From assembly GCA_034189025.1 (NCBI GenBank), contig JAXHVS010000085.1:893-64892 (forward strand): a stretch of 64,000 nucleotides of DNA, given 5' to 3'. This DNA comes from Bacteroidota bacterium. GTDB lineage: Bacteria; Bacteroidota; Bacteroidia; Bacteroidales; UBA12077. The notes below the pieces were generated by a model. That model did no database searches and had not been told where the DNA came from. It worked only from the letters and a program-made list of their open reading frames with translations. Below, in pieces: positions 37,738 to 47,222 of this stretch. The number at the start of each line of letters is the position of its first letter. Position 1 is the stretch's first letter. The translations under genes were made by a program, and so were the position numbers.

Positions 37738-38670
37738 TTATTTTTTATTCTTTTTCCCAAATAATGAAAAGTGAACGTAACGATTTGGATTTTCATTTAA
37801 ATCAATAACAAGACTATCTAAATCTGCTGCAAGATTGTTAAGGTTAACATAAAGTGAATCATTATTGATTAACATTCCAACAGTTCCTTTTCCCTCGTTA
37901 ATTTTTTGGGTTATCTCATTAAATTCTGCAAGGGTTTTGTTTGCATTTAACAGGGTAGACTCAATATTTGCTTGATTGAGTGAATCGCTAATATTTGAAA
38001 AATTTTCAAGGATGGTTGTTATTTGCTCATTATTGTTTTTTAGATTACCCGAAATGGATTCAACATTCGACAAGATGTTTTTCAATCTTGTTTTTTCTGA
38101 ATCTACTAAGTTTTCCAGGTCATCACTAATATGATGAATATTATCCAATGATTTTTTCAGGTTATCTCTTCGGGTATTATCGAAAATGGCTAATACAGAA
38201 TCCATGGATACTATTAAATTTTCTATTTTATTTTTAACCGGCAATAACTCTTCGCTTAAGCTTGTCATTAAATTTTTTTCAAGGATACCAGGTATCGTAT
38301 CACCTGATTGATAAAAATTATTAGATGTTGAGAATAAAAGTTTTATAGCTTTACCCGCTATTACTGTCTCAGGATAAATTACTGCAGATGAGTTTTGAGG
38401 TATTTGTACATTTTTATTTACTGAAAAACGAACAATAATCTTACTTTTGTCTTTATCATGAAATTTAATTGATTCAACCACACCAACCTTATATCCGCTT
38501 AAATGAACAGGGCTAGCTTCTGCCAAACCATCGATATGTTCGTAAACAGCAAAATAATGATAATTAGATGATAGTAAATTTTTGCCCTTTAAGAAACTGA
38601 ATCCCCAAATAAAAAATGCTAAAGTTACAACAACGGCTATTCCTATTTTAGTTTCTTTTTTTATTTTCAT
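37738..38670 (-). CDS. mlaD: MlaD/MCE-domain protein
   Basis: 310 aa. N-terminal anchor KIGIAVVVTLAFFIWGF, an MCE domain (LSGYKVGVVESI), and a long coiled-coil tail. Confidence 0.8.
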   Translation of the reverse strand: MKIKKETKIGIAVVVTLAFFIWGFSFLKGKNLLSSNYHYFAVYEHIDGLAEASPVHLSGYKVGVVESIKFHDKDKSKIIVRFSVNKNVQIPQNSSAVIYPETVIAGKAIKLLFSTSNNFYQSGDTIPGILEKNLMTSLSEELLPVKNKIENLIVSMDSVLAIFDNTRRDNLKKSLDNIHHISDDLENLVDSEKTRLKNILSNVESISGNLKNNNEQITTILENFSNISDSLNQANIESTLLNANKTLAEFNEITQKINEGKGTVGMLINNDSLYVNLNNLAADLDSLVIDLNENPNRYVHFSLFGKKNKK

Positions 38671-38680
38671 GTTTGTATAT

Positions 38681-39823
38681 TTAGTTATTGATGATATTTA
38701 ATGCTTTTTGTAATGGAATAATATTTCCTGTACTGTCTATTGCTATAACAAATGCATCAGGAAATTGATCTTCGATGCTGTTTTTAAGTTTGTTAATTTC
38801 GTTATAATCGGATGATGAGCCTACAGTGTATTTATACATCCCATTATATTTAATTTCTTCAATATTTTCGATAGTTTTAAAAAAGGGGTCATTTTTTTCG
38901 ATTGGATTACTGGCAGATGCAATTTGAATCTTAAAAAATACAGGGCTGTCTTCATTTTGGTATTTTTCGAGCGAATCAATTTGTGTTGAAAATTTACTTT
39001 TGGCTTCTATTGCATTTTTGTAGTTTTTAAAAGCTCTATAAATTGAAGAAGCAATATATTCCTGGCCCTCTTTTGATATTAAATATTTTTCTTCTTGTGG
39101 ATTGGTTAAAAAACCTGCTTCAATTAATACACTGGGCATTGTGGTTTGCCAAAGTACAAGAAACCCAGCTTGTTTAACGCCTCTGCTTTTTCTTAACGCC
39201 CTGGTTTCAAATTCGTTCTCAACATAAGCAGCATAATTTAAACTTTGTTCTAAATAGGTATTTTGAAGGAATGAAAAGATGATATATGATTCGGCTGAAT
39301 GAGGATCAAATCCCTGATATTTTGAGGTATAATCTTCTTCGTAAAGAATGGCTGCATTTTCTTTTTTAGCTACTTCTAAATTTCCGTCAGTTTTATGAAT
39401 ACCCATAACATAGGTTTCCGTACCAAAAGCTCGATGATTTTTGTTCCCATTAAGATGAATCGATATAAATAAGTCGGCTTTATTTTTATTAGCAATCTCT
39501 GCACGTTCGTGTAAAGGGACAAAAACATCTGTTGTTCGTGTATAAATCACATTAACATCAGGCAAATTTTCTTCTATATATGTTCCTAATTTTTGTGCAA
39601 TCGCTAAAACAATATCTTTTTCTTTTGCAATTTTTCCTAAAGCGCCGGAATCTTTGCCTCCATGTCCTGGATCAATAACTACTGTTTTGATAGAATAGTT
39701 ATTATTATTATTTTGACTATATATATTTAAACATAATGATGTTAAAACTATTAATAAGAAAATAATTTTATGGTATCTTTTTTGTTTAAAAAAAATCAAT
39801 TTTAAATCTTTCATCATATACAA
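38681..39823 (-). CDS. N-acetylmuramoyl-L-alanine amidase (Amidase_3 family)
   Basis: 380 aa. Motifs VIDPGHGGKDSGA, DLFISIHLN and LIEAGFLTN. The C-terminal region is SPOR-like. Confidence 0.85.
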   Translation of the reverse strand: MYMMKDLKLIFFKQKRYHKIIFLLIVLTSLCLNIYSQNNNNNYSIKTVVIDPGHGGKDSGALGKIAKEKDIVLAIAQKLGTYIEENLPDVNVIYTRTTDVFVPLHERAEIANKNKADLFISIHLNGNKNHRAFGTETYVMGIHKTDGNLEVAKKENAAILYEEDYTSKYQGFDPHSAESYIIFSFLQNTYLEQSLNYAAYVENEFETRALRKSRGVKQAGFLVLWQTTMPSVLIEAGFLTNPQEEKYLISKEGQEYIASSIYRAFKNYKNAIEAKSKFSTQIDSLEKYQNEDSPVFFKIQIASASNPIEKNDPFFKTIENIEEIKYNGMYKYTVGSSSDYNEINKLKNSIEDQFPDAFVIAIDSTGNIIPLQKALNIINN

Positions 39824-39895
39824 TGTATATAATATTTTAGTTAGTTTTGAAACTTTAAATTTAAACTATAATTAAACAAAAATAGTATAATAAAA

Positions 39896-42550
39896 TTGTA
39901 TTTAAAATTTAGATATTTTATTTTTTATATAATTCTTTTGGGTTTATTGCCAATCTTCTCATTCTCACAAGAAGATACAGGGGGGGCAGAAACCCAAATT
40001 AATGATACTATCTCCCTAAATGAAGTTGATACTATACCCTCAGATACGCTTGCCAAAGATTCTTTAAATAGATCAGAAAATATACTAGAATCAAAAATTA
40101 AATATAATGCTCAGGATTCAATTGTTTTATCTATTGATCAAAAAAGAGTTTATTTATATAATAAAGCTAAAATTGAATATGGAGATGTTGTATTAGAAGC
40201 TGATTTTATTGAATATGATCAGGAAAATAATATTGTTTTTGCCCGTGGTGTTTTAGATAGTACTGGTGTACTTATTGGAAAACCAGTATTTACTGAAAGA
40301 AATGATAAATTTGAAGCTAAAACCATAAAATATAATTTTAAAACAAAAAAAGGATATATTGAAGAGGTTTTTACCGAAGAAGAACAGGGTTATTTACACA
40401 GCCAAATAACTAAAAAGCTAGATGATAACAAGCTTTTAATGAAAAATGGGAAATATACAACCTGTGATAATCCTGAGCATCCTCATTTTTATCTCTCTAT
40501 GTCTAAAGCAAAAGTTATTCCGGGAGAAAAAATTATTTCCGGGTATTCATATTTGGTTTTAGAAGATTTGCCTTTGTATTTTGTGGCTGTGCCATTTGGT
40601 TTCTTTCCCAGTCAGGACGAACAATCTTCAGGAATTATTATTCCTTCATACGGAGAAGATAACACGTTAGGTTTTTTCTTTCGTGATGGTGGTTATTACT
40701 TTGGAATAAATGATAAAATGGATCTTGCTATTACTGGAGATTATTATTCGTTAGGTACCTGGGGAACAGATCTAAATTATCGGTTCAGGAAGCGTTATAA
40801 GTTTAATAGTAATTTTTCGGTTAGTTATAAGCAAACAGTAAAAAGTGAACAGGGATTACCCGATTATTTTAAATCTAATGATTTTCAGGTTATATGGAAC
40901 CATACGCAAGATGCTAAAGCCAACCCAACAAGCAGTTTTAATGCCAGTGTAAATTTTAGCTCTAGCTCATATGATCAAATTCATAGTAGGAATATCCAAG
41001 ATAGAAACAGGAATACAAAAAGTTCAAGTATTGCTTATTCAAAAAATTGGCCGGGTACACCTTTCAGATTGAATGCAAACCTTAAAGGATCGCAAAATAG
41101 TAATAATAATAGTGTAGATTTAACTTTACCGGTAATTACTTTTGATATGAGCAGACAATATCCTTTCCGCAGAAAAAATGCTTCTGGTAAATCTAAATGG
41201 TACGAAGATATTGAAGTTCAATATTCATCAAAGCTGGAAAATAAAATTAATACCAAAGATTCTTTGCTCTTTACCGATACAAAGTTCTCTGATTTTAAAA
41301 GTGGATTTCAGCACAATATTCCTGTTAGTACTAATTTTAAATTGCTTAAGCATTTTAATTTATCGCCCCGTTTACAATATACTGGTATACTTTATCCCAA
41401 TTATATTAATCGATATTGGGACCCCAATTATTATAATGAGGATAATGATACTTATGGAGCAGTTATTACCGATACTATTTCGCAGATTAAATATGCACAA
41501 TTATTTGAACCATCGATATCTTTAAGCGTTGGGCCTAATATTTATGGAATGTTTCTTTCAAAAAATCCTGAGGCCAAGGTTATTGCATTACGCCATGTTT
41601 TAACTCCTTCTGCAAGTATATCCTATCGTCCGGATATGGGTAATATGGTATCCCAGTATTATGATACATACGAAATTTTCCAGGGTGGAGAGTATAAAGA
41701 AGTTGAATATTCAAAATTTGATAATGGATTATATAGATTCCCTTCTGCACCTGGACAGAATGGTACAATATCTTTTGGATTAAATAATAATCTGGAGATG
41801 AAAGTCCGTGATGACAAAGATACATCGAATACAGAAAAAAAAGTAAAATTATTGGAAAGCCTTAGGTTTTCTAGTGGTTATAATATTTTTGCCGATTCAT
41901 TAAATTGGAGTCCAATAACAATTAGTGGCCGTACAGCATTACTGGAAAATAAAATAAAAATTAATTTTGGGGCAACTGTCGACCCTTATGCTATTAACGA
42001 CGAAGGTAACGTTTATAATGCATTTGAGTGGAAAAAAAGTGGCAATATTGGCCGATTAACAAGAGCTGATTTAAGCCTTGATTTTTCTTTTAAATCATCT
42101 GAGAAAGGCCAAAGCGAAAAATCAAATGCTAGTGGAAGTAATATGTTTGATGAGGGATATTACCAAAATCCTGATATGGCTGATTATCAACAACAAATTA
42201 CAAATTATGTTGACTTTGATATTCCATGGAATTTTAGTGCTAATTATAAATTTACTTATTCAAAACCTAAATACGAATCAAAAGTTACCCAAACACTTAG
42301 AATTTCAGGAAATTTCAGCTTAACCCCAAAATGGAAAATTAGTTTTAGTACAAACTATGATATATCAGAAAAGGAGCTATCAACCACATCTATAAATATT
42401 CATCGTGATTTGCACTGTTGGGAAATGAGTTTTAATTGGATTCCTGTAGGAAGATATCAGAGTTATAATTTTCAAATCAATGTAAAAGCAGCTACTTTAA
42501 GAGATTTCTTAAAAATGACGAAACGTAAATCTTGGTACGATAATTTATAA
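39896..42550 (+). CDS. lptD: LptD-like LPS-assembly outer-membrane protein
   Basis: 884 aa with a TTG start and a signal peptide. OstA-like N-terminal region (VYLYNKAKIEYGDVVLEADFIEYDQENNIVFARG), then a large beta-barrel-type region. Confidence 0.7.
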   Translation: MYLKFRYFIFYIILLGLLPIFSFSQEDTGGAETQINDTISLNEVDTIPSDTLAKDSLNRSENILESKIKYNAQDSIVLSIDQKRVYLYNKAKIEYGDVVLEADFIEYDQENNIVFARGVLDSTGVLIGKPVFTERNDKFEAKTIKYNFKTKKGYIEEVFTEEEQGYLHSQITKKLDDNKLLMKNGKYTTCDNPEHPHFYLSMSKAKVIPGEKIISGYSYLVLEDLPLYFVAVPFGFFPSQDEQSSGIIIPSYGEDNTLGFFFRDGGYYFGINDKMDLAITGDYYSLGTWGTDLNYRFRKRYKFNSNFSVSYKQTVKSEQGLPDYFKSNDFQVIWNHTQDAKANPTSSFNASVNFSSSSYDQIHSRNIQDRNRNTKSSSIAYSKNWPGTPFRLNANLKGSQNSNNNSVDLTLPVITFDMSRQYPFRRKNASGKSKWYEDIEVQYSSKLENKINTKDSLLFTDTKFSDFKSGFQHNIPVSTNFKLLKHFNLSPRLQYTGILYPNYINRYWDPNYYNEDNDTYGAVITDTISQIKYAQLFEPSISLSVGPNIYGMFLSKNPEAKVIALRHVLTPSASISYRPDMGNMVSQYYDTYEIFQGGEYKEVEYSKFDNGLYRFPSAPGQNGTISFGLNNNLEMKVRDDKDTSNTEKKVKLLESLRFSSGYNIFADSLNWSPITISGRTALLENKIKINFGATVDPYAINDEGNVYNAFEWKKSGNIGRLTRADLSLDFSFKSSEKGQSEKSNASGSNMFDEGYYQNPDMADYQQQITNYVDFDIPWNFSANYKFTYSKPKYESKVTQTLRISGNFSLTPKWKISFSTNYDISEKELSTTSINIHRDLHCWEMSFNWIPVGRYQSYNFQINVKAATLRDFLKMTKRKSWYDNL

Positions 42551-43114
42551 TTAATGCTCCACCCAGTTTTTTAGTATCTCTATACCGTAGTTAGTCATAA
42601 TGGATTCAGGATGAAATTGTACACTATGAATATCATATGTTTTATGTTTAATAGACATGATATTATTTTCTGAATCTATGGATGTTACCTCTAATTCAGC
42701 AGGTAAATTATTTTTATCCACTATCCATGAATGATATCTTCCGGAGTAAAATTCGGACGGTATATTTTTAAAAATATAATCGGATTGAATTATACGGGTT
42801 TGTATTTCTCTACCATGGTTTACCTTTTTCATATTTATGAGTTGAGCTCCAAAATATTCGGCTATAGCCTGATGTCCGAGGCAAACACCTAAAATCGGTT
42901 TTGTATTTTTAAATTGATGAATGATATCATACATTATTTTTACCGCCGAAGGCAATCCGGGGCCAGGAGAGAAGACAATTTTGTCAAATTCTGTCAATAA
43001 TTTAAGATTTATTTGGTTGTTTCGTTTAACATGTACTTCGGTAGCAAATTGCTCCAATATATGGATCAAATTAAAAGTAAAAGAATCGAAATTATCAACC
43101 ACAAAAATTTTCAT
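42551..43114 (-). CDS. pabA: anthranilate/aminodeoxychorismate synthase component II (class-I glutamine amidotransferase)
   Basis: 187 aa. Motifs VVDNFDSFTFNL, catalytic GVCLGHQAI, and HPES at the C-terminus. Confidence 0.85.
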   Translation of the reverse strand: MKIFVVDNFDSFTFNLIHILEQFATEVHVKRNNQINLKLLTEFDKIVFSPGPGLPSAVKIMYDIIHQFKNTKPILGVCLGHQAIAEYFGAQLINMKKVNHGREIQTRIIQSDYIFKNIPSEFYSGRYHSWIVDKNNLPAELEVTSIDSENNIMSIKHKTYDIHSVQFHPESIMTNYGIEILKNWVEH

Positions 43115-43182
43115 GATATATTATTTTTAGACATCCTAAAATAAGTTATTTTTACTCATTATAACCAATTAACATTAATCTT

Positions 43183-43557
43183 ATGAAAAAAATAATTTAT
43201 ACAGAGAATGCACCAAAAGCCATTGGCCCTTATAGTCAGGCAGTTGAAATTAACGGAACGTTGTACATTTCGGGACAGGTTCCTGTAAATCCAACAACTG
43301 GCGAAATGCCCGAAGGCATTAAAGCACAAACCGAACAAGTAATGAAAAATATTGGAGCTATTTTAGAAGCTGCGGGTTATTCGTATAAAAATGTAGTTAA
43401 ATCTACGTGTTTATTAAGCGATATGGCTAATTTTAAATCCATGAACGAAGTATATGGCTCGTTTTATAAGGAAAATCCACCTGCACGTGCTGCTTATGGT
43501 GTTGTTCAATTGCCTTTAGGAGCTTTAATTGAGATTGAGACTATTGCCGTTAAATAG
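43183..43557 (+). CDS. ridA: RidA family reactive-intermediate deaminase
   Basis: 124 aa. APKAIGPYSQAV...LYISGQ and ARAAYGVVQLPLGALIEIE are hallmarks of YjgF/RidA. Confidence 0.9.
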   Translation: MKKIIYTENAPKAIGPYSQAVEINGTLYISGQVPVNPTTGEMPEGIKAQTEQVMKNIGAILEAAGYSYKNVVKSTCLLSDMANFKSMNEVYGSFYKENPPARAAYGVVQLPLGALIEIETIAVK

Positions 43558-43574
43558 TTTATTTTTTTAATAAA

Positions 43575-43604
43575 AAAAGCGGTTATCAAGTGACAACCGC
43601 TTTT
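43575..43604. terminator. bidirectional terminator between ridA and rplI
   Basis: Stem aaaagcggtt pairs with aaccgctttt across a 10-nt loop. An A-run lies on the left and a T-run on the right, so it can serve both convergent genes. Confidence 0.75.
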
Positions 43605-43624
43605 CTTTTTTATAAATGTATAAT

Positions 43625-44071
43625 TTATTCAGAAACTACTTCAATTTCAATTTCTACAGTAACTTCTTTATGTAATTTAATGTTTGCTTTATATTTACCA
43701 ACTTCTTTAATTTGGTCTTCGGCAATAGTTATATTTTTACGGTCAATTTCAAATCCATCAGCTTGTAATTTTTCTGCAATCTGAATGGTATTAACTGAAC
43801 CAAATATTTTACCTGTAGAGCTAGTTTTAGCACCAATGGTAAGCGATTTATTTTCTAGTTTTTTAGCAACCTCTAGCGCTTGATTTTTAATTTTTTCTTC
43901 TTTATGAGCTCTTTGTCTTTTATTTTCTTCATGCATCTTTTTTGCTGAAGTTGTTGCAATAACGGCCAATCCATTAGGGATTAAAAAATTTCTTGCATAA
44001 CCGTCTTTTACGTTTACAATATCATCTTTATGGCCCAGTTTATTTACGTCTTCTTTAAGAATAATTTCCAT
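43625..44071 (-). CDS. rplI: 50S ribosomal protein L9
   Basis: 148 aa. MEIILKEDVNKLGHKDDIVNVKDGYARNFLIP is the canonical L9 N-terminus. Confidence 0.95.
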   Translation of the reverse strand: MEIILKEDVNKLGHKDDIVNVKDGYARNFLIPNGLAVIATTSAKKMHEENKRQRAHKEEKIKNQALEVAKKLENKSLTIGAKTSSTGKIFGSVNTIQIAEKLQADGFEIDRKNITIAEDQIKEVGKYKANIKLHKEVTVEIEIEVVSE

Positions 44072-44089
44072 TTTTTGTCCTCCGTTTAA

Positions 44090-44359
44090 TTATTTAAGCA
44101 TATCTGTTACGTAAGGCAATAGAGCTAAATGTCGCGCTCTTTTTATTGCTTTAGCAACTTTACGTTGATACTTTAAAGATGTTCCTGTGATTCTTCGTGG
44201 TAAAATTTTACCTTGTTCGTTAACAAATTTTTTCAGAAACTCAGGATCTTTGTAATCGATATACTTAATCTTATTTTTCTTAAACCGGCAATATTTTTTC
44301 TTTTTTATTTCTACGGTTGGTGGAGTTAAATATCTAATTTCTGATTGATTTTGTGCCAT
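44090..44359 (-). CDS. rpsR: 30S ribosomal protein S18
   Basis: 89 aa. Motifs [27 protein letters not shown] and [14 protein letters not shown]. Confidence 0.95.
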   Translation of the reverse strand: MAQNQSEIRYLTPPTVEIKKKKYCRFKKNKIKYIDYKDPEFLKKFVNEQGKILPRRITGTSLKYQRKVAKAIKRARHLALLPYVTDMLK

Positions 44360-44362
44360 TGC

Positions 44363-44710
44363 TTATTCCTCCGATTTTTGTTCTTTTTTACTTCTTTTCT
44401 TTTCGCTATATTGAATCGCGTATTTATCCATCTTAAATGTTAAGAAACGGATAATTCGCTCATCTCGTCGGTATTCGGTTTCAAGCTTCTGTATTGTTTT
44501 ACCTTCGGCTTTAAACTCAATTAAATAATAGAAACCGGTAGATTTTTTTTGTATGGGATAAGCTAGCTTTTTTAAGCCCCAGTTTTCTTCGTGCACAATT
44601 TCGGCACCATCATCTTTTAAAATTTTAATAAATTTTTGAACCGTCTCCTTCATCTGGGCTTCAGACAAAACGGGAGTTGTAATGAAAACGGTTTCGTACT
44701 GATTCATCAT
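44363..44710 (-). CDS. rpsF: 30S ribosomal protein S6
   Basis: 115 aa. YETVFI...[10 protein letters not shown] signature. Operon rpsF-rpsR-rplI. Confidence 0.95.
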   Translation of the reverse strand: MMNQYETVFITTPVLSEAQMKETVQKFIKILKDDGAEIVHEENWGLKKLAYPIQKKSTGFYYLIEFKAEGKTIQKLETEYRRDERIIRFLTFKMDKYAIQYSEKKRSKKEQKSEE

Positions 44711-44745
44711 AATTTTTTATTTTTTTAGTTTAAATTAAATGAGTT

Positions 44746-44776
44746 GCAAAATTAATATATTTTTTATTTTATGCAA
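44746..44776 (-). promoter_or_regulatory. Bacteroidota-type promoter (-33 TTTG / -7 TAATTTTG) for rpsF-rpsR-rplI
   Basis: The minus strand reads TTTG, then 19 nt, then TAATTTTG. The -7 element ends about 35 nt upstream of the rpsF ATG. Confidence 0.45.
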
Positions 44777-44865
44777 AGAAAAATTGTAAGTAAATGAGCA
44801 TAAAAGTGTTTTAAAATAAATTCTTAAAAAAAGAACATTTAAAATTGAACTTTTTATAAAAATTT

Positions 44866-44873
44866 TACCTTTG
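44866..44873 (+). promoter_or_regulatory. Bacteroidota-type -7 promoter element for dnaX
   Basis: TACCTTTG lies 27 nt upstream of ATG 44901. Confidence 0.4.
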
Positions 44874-44900
44874 TAGTTCATGTCAACATAATATCAATTT

Positions 44901-46610
44901 ATGGAAAATTTTATTGTTTCAGCTCGAAAATACAGGCCTTCAACTTTCCAGTCGGTTGTTGGGCAATCATCGATTACAACAACGTTAAAAAATGCAATTA
45001 AAAATAATCATCTGGCACAGGCTTATCTCTTTTGTGGCCCACGAGGAGTTGGGAAAACTACTTGCGCACGGATTTTTGCTAAAACTATAAATTGTAAAAA
45101 CCTGGATGAGAAAGTTGAACCTTGTAATGAGTGCGAATCCTGTAAAGCATTTAATGAAAATCGTTCGTATAATATTCACGAATTGGATGCTGCATCCAAT
45201 AACTCGGTTGAAGATATCCGGCAATTAATAGAGCAGGTAAGAATACCGCCTCAAGTAGGGAAATATAGCATTTATATTATCGACGAGGTGCATATGTTAT
45301 CAGCGCAAGCTTTTAATGCTTTTTTAAAAACACTCGAAGAACCCCCTGCACATGCGGTATTCATTCTAGCCACAACGGAAAAGCATAAAATTATTCCAAC
45401 CATTCTTTCTCGATGTCAGATTTTTGATTTTAATAGAATAAAAGTGGATGATACAGTTCAGTATATAGAACATATTGCGAAAAATGAAAAAATCGACTAT
45501 GAAACTGATGCATTAAATGTTATTGCGCAAAAAGCCGATGGTGCCATGCGTGACGCCCTTTCAATTTTTGATCAGGTTGTAAGCTTTTCCGGAAATAATA
45601 TTACCTATCAAAATGTTATAGAAAATTTGAATGTACTCGATTATGATTATTACTTTAACTTAACAGATGCATTTCTTAACCATGATATTTCAAATGCTTT
45701 ATTGCTTTTTAATGAAATTTTAGATAAAGGTTTTGATGCCCATCATTTTATTAATGGATTGAGTGAGCATTTTCGTAATTTGCTGGTTTGCCGCGATGAA
45801 GCTACTTTACAATTACTCGAAGTGGGAGCTAATATTCGAGATCGTTACAAACAACAAACCCTTAATTGTGATCCATTATTTTTATTCCAGGCGCTCGAAA
45901 TATCTAACAAATGTGATGTTTCCTATCGAATGAGTAGAAATAAGCGATTACACGTTGAACTGGCTATTATTGAGTTGTGTAATATCACACTCGAAAAAAA
46001 AAAGGCTGAACTAAAAAACTCCGAGGCTGATTCATCAAAACCAAAAGAAGTAAATAAACAAAAATTTGATGTAAAGTCTAACCCTTTAAATTCAAAAAAA
46101 AACATAAAACCTCCTTTGGCTAATTCAGAGGAAATATCATCATTCTCGATAAAAAAGAAACTTTCAGACAATAAACACGGTCTTTCAGAAAAGCAAACCA
46201 TACCAGTTAATGAACCACCTAAGGTTGAGGAGCCAACTCCTGTATTTAATAATTTTACGCAGAAAGAATTAATTGAAAAGTGGCATACTTTTTCTAATAT
46301 GCTTGTGAATAAGCCAAGAATATTTAATACTCTTACTTCCAAAGACCCAAAACTTGAAGAAAATTATATCGTAAGTTTTGTTATCGATAATAATTTGCAG
46401 GAACAAAAAATCAATGAAATAAGAAATGAATTATTGGCTTATTTAAGGCAGGAGCTTCAGAACTCAGCAATAGATTTAAAATTTATAATTACTGAATTAG
46501 AAGAAGATTCGAACAAGTTGTATACTTCTGAAGATAAGTTTAAACATATGCTTTCCAAAAATGAAAACCTTGGCAAGCTTAAACAGGAATTTAATTTAGA
46601 TTTGGAATAG
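44901..46610 (+). CDS. dnaX: DNA polymerase III subunit tau (gamma/tau gene)
   Basis: 569 aa. Walker A GPRGVGKTT, zinc module CNECESCKAF, Walker B YIIDEVHMLS, and sensor block SRCQ. Confidence 0.95.
   Translation: MENFIVSARKYRPSTFQSVVGQSSITTTLKNAIKNNHLAQAYLFCGPRGVGKTTCARIFAKTINCKNLDEKVEPCNECESCKAFNENRSYNIHELDAASNNSVEDIRQLIEQVRIPPQVGKYSIYIIDEVHMLSAQAFNAFLKTLEEPPAHAVFILATTEKHKIIPTILSRCQIFDFNRIKVDDTVQYIEHIAKNEKIDYETDALNVIAQKADGAMRDALSIFDQVVSFSGNNITYQNVIENLNVLDYDYYFNLTDAFLNHDISNALLLFNEILDKGFDAHHFINGLSEHFRNLLVCRDEATLQLLEVGANIRDRYKQQTLNCDPLFLFQALEISNKCDVSYRMSRNKRLHVELAIIELCNITLEKKKAELKNSEADSSKPKEVNKQKFDVKSNPLNSKKNIKPPLANSEEISSFSIKKKLSDNKHGLSEKQTIPVNEPPKVEEPTPVFNNFTQKELIEKWHTFSNMLVNKPRIFNTLTSKDPKLEENYIVSFVIDNNLQEQKINEIRNELLAYLRQELQNSAIDLKFIITELEEDSNKLYTSEDKFKHMLSKNENLGKLKQEFNLDLE
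45994..46014 (+). other. A10 slippery tract with flanking out-of-frame stops, a candidate dnaX recoding site
   Basis: The run a(10) spans 45994-46003 and is read as GAA AAA AAA AAG. The -1 frame gives GGC TGA (46004-46009). The +1 frame gives AGG CTG AAC TAA (46003-46014). Confidence 0.4.
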
Positions 46611-46680
46611 AACAATTGAGCTTTTATTTTGTATTTAGTTTGTATAAAGAATTAAATGAAAAAAATTAAAATTGTAAATT

Positions 46681-47172
46681 ATGTTACCAAAGAAAATTGA
46701 GAAGAAATTAAATGAACAAATTGAAAAAGAAGGCTACTCTTCTAATTTATATTTAGCTATGGCTTCCTGGGCTGACAAAGAAGGTTATTCAGGTATTGCT
46801 AAATGGTTATTTGCCCAGGCAGAAGAAGAGCGTATGCATATGATGAAATTTATAGATTTTATTAAAGAAAGAGGTGGGCATGCTATAATCCCAGCATTTG
46901 AAAAACCTCCCGTTGATTTTGAAAATGTCAATAAAATTTTTTATCAGGTCCTTGAGCATGAAAAATACATTACCGGAACAATTAATGATATTGTAGCTCT
47001 TGCAATAAAAGAGAACGATTTTGCTACTCATAATTGGATTCAGTGGTTTGTAACAGAACAGATAGAAGAAGAATCTTCAGTCCAGGACATAATTGATAAG
47101 TTAACTATGTTAGGCGAAAAAAATATGTATATTTTTGATCGGGACATAATGAGTCTTCGGAATTCTGAATAA
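46681..47172 (+). CDS. ftnA: non-heme ferritin
   Basis: 163 aa. Ferroxidase-site residues lie in QIEKEGYSSNLYLAMASW and EEERMHMMKF. Confidence 0.9.
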   Translation: MLPKKIEKKLNEQIEKEGYSSNLYLAMASWADKEGYSGIAKWLFAQAEEERMHMMKFIDFIKERGGHAIIPAFEKPPVDFENVNKIFYQVLEHEKYITGTINDIVALAIKENDFATHNWIQWFVTEQIEEESSVQDIIDKLTMLGEKNMYIFDRDIMSLRNSE

Positions 47173-47173
47173 A

Positions 47174-47205
47174 AAAAGCCCCAAAATCGGGGCTTTTCTT
47201 TTTTC
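47174..47205. terminator. bidirectional terminator between the ferritin and T9SS cargo genes
   Basis: Stem aaaagcccc pairs with ggggctttt across the loop aaaatc. An A7 run lies upstream and ttttcttttttcc lies downstream. Confidence 0.75.
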
Positions 47206-47222
47206 CTGGTATCTACTCTACT

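Noticed and set aside
45923-46342. 139-aa minus-strand ORF antisense to the dnaX linker region
   Set aside because: It overlaps a low-complexity Lys/Ser-rich coding region of dnaX, and its composition is artefactual. Other large antisense ORFs are rejected for the same reason: 30819-31157, 57390-57722, 63332-63709, 41178-41525, 54736-55045, and those within 48527-50779.
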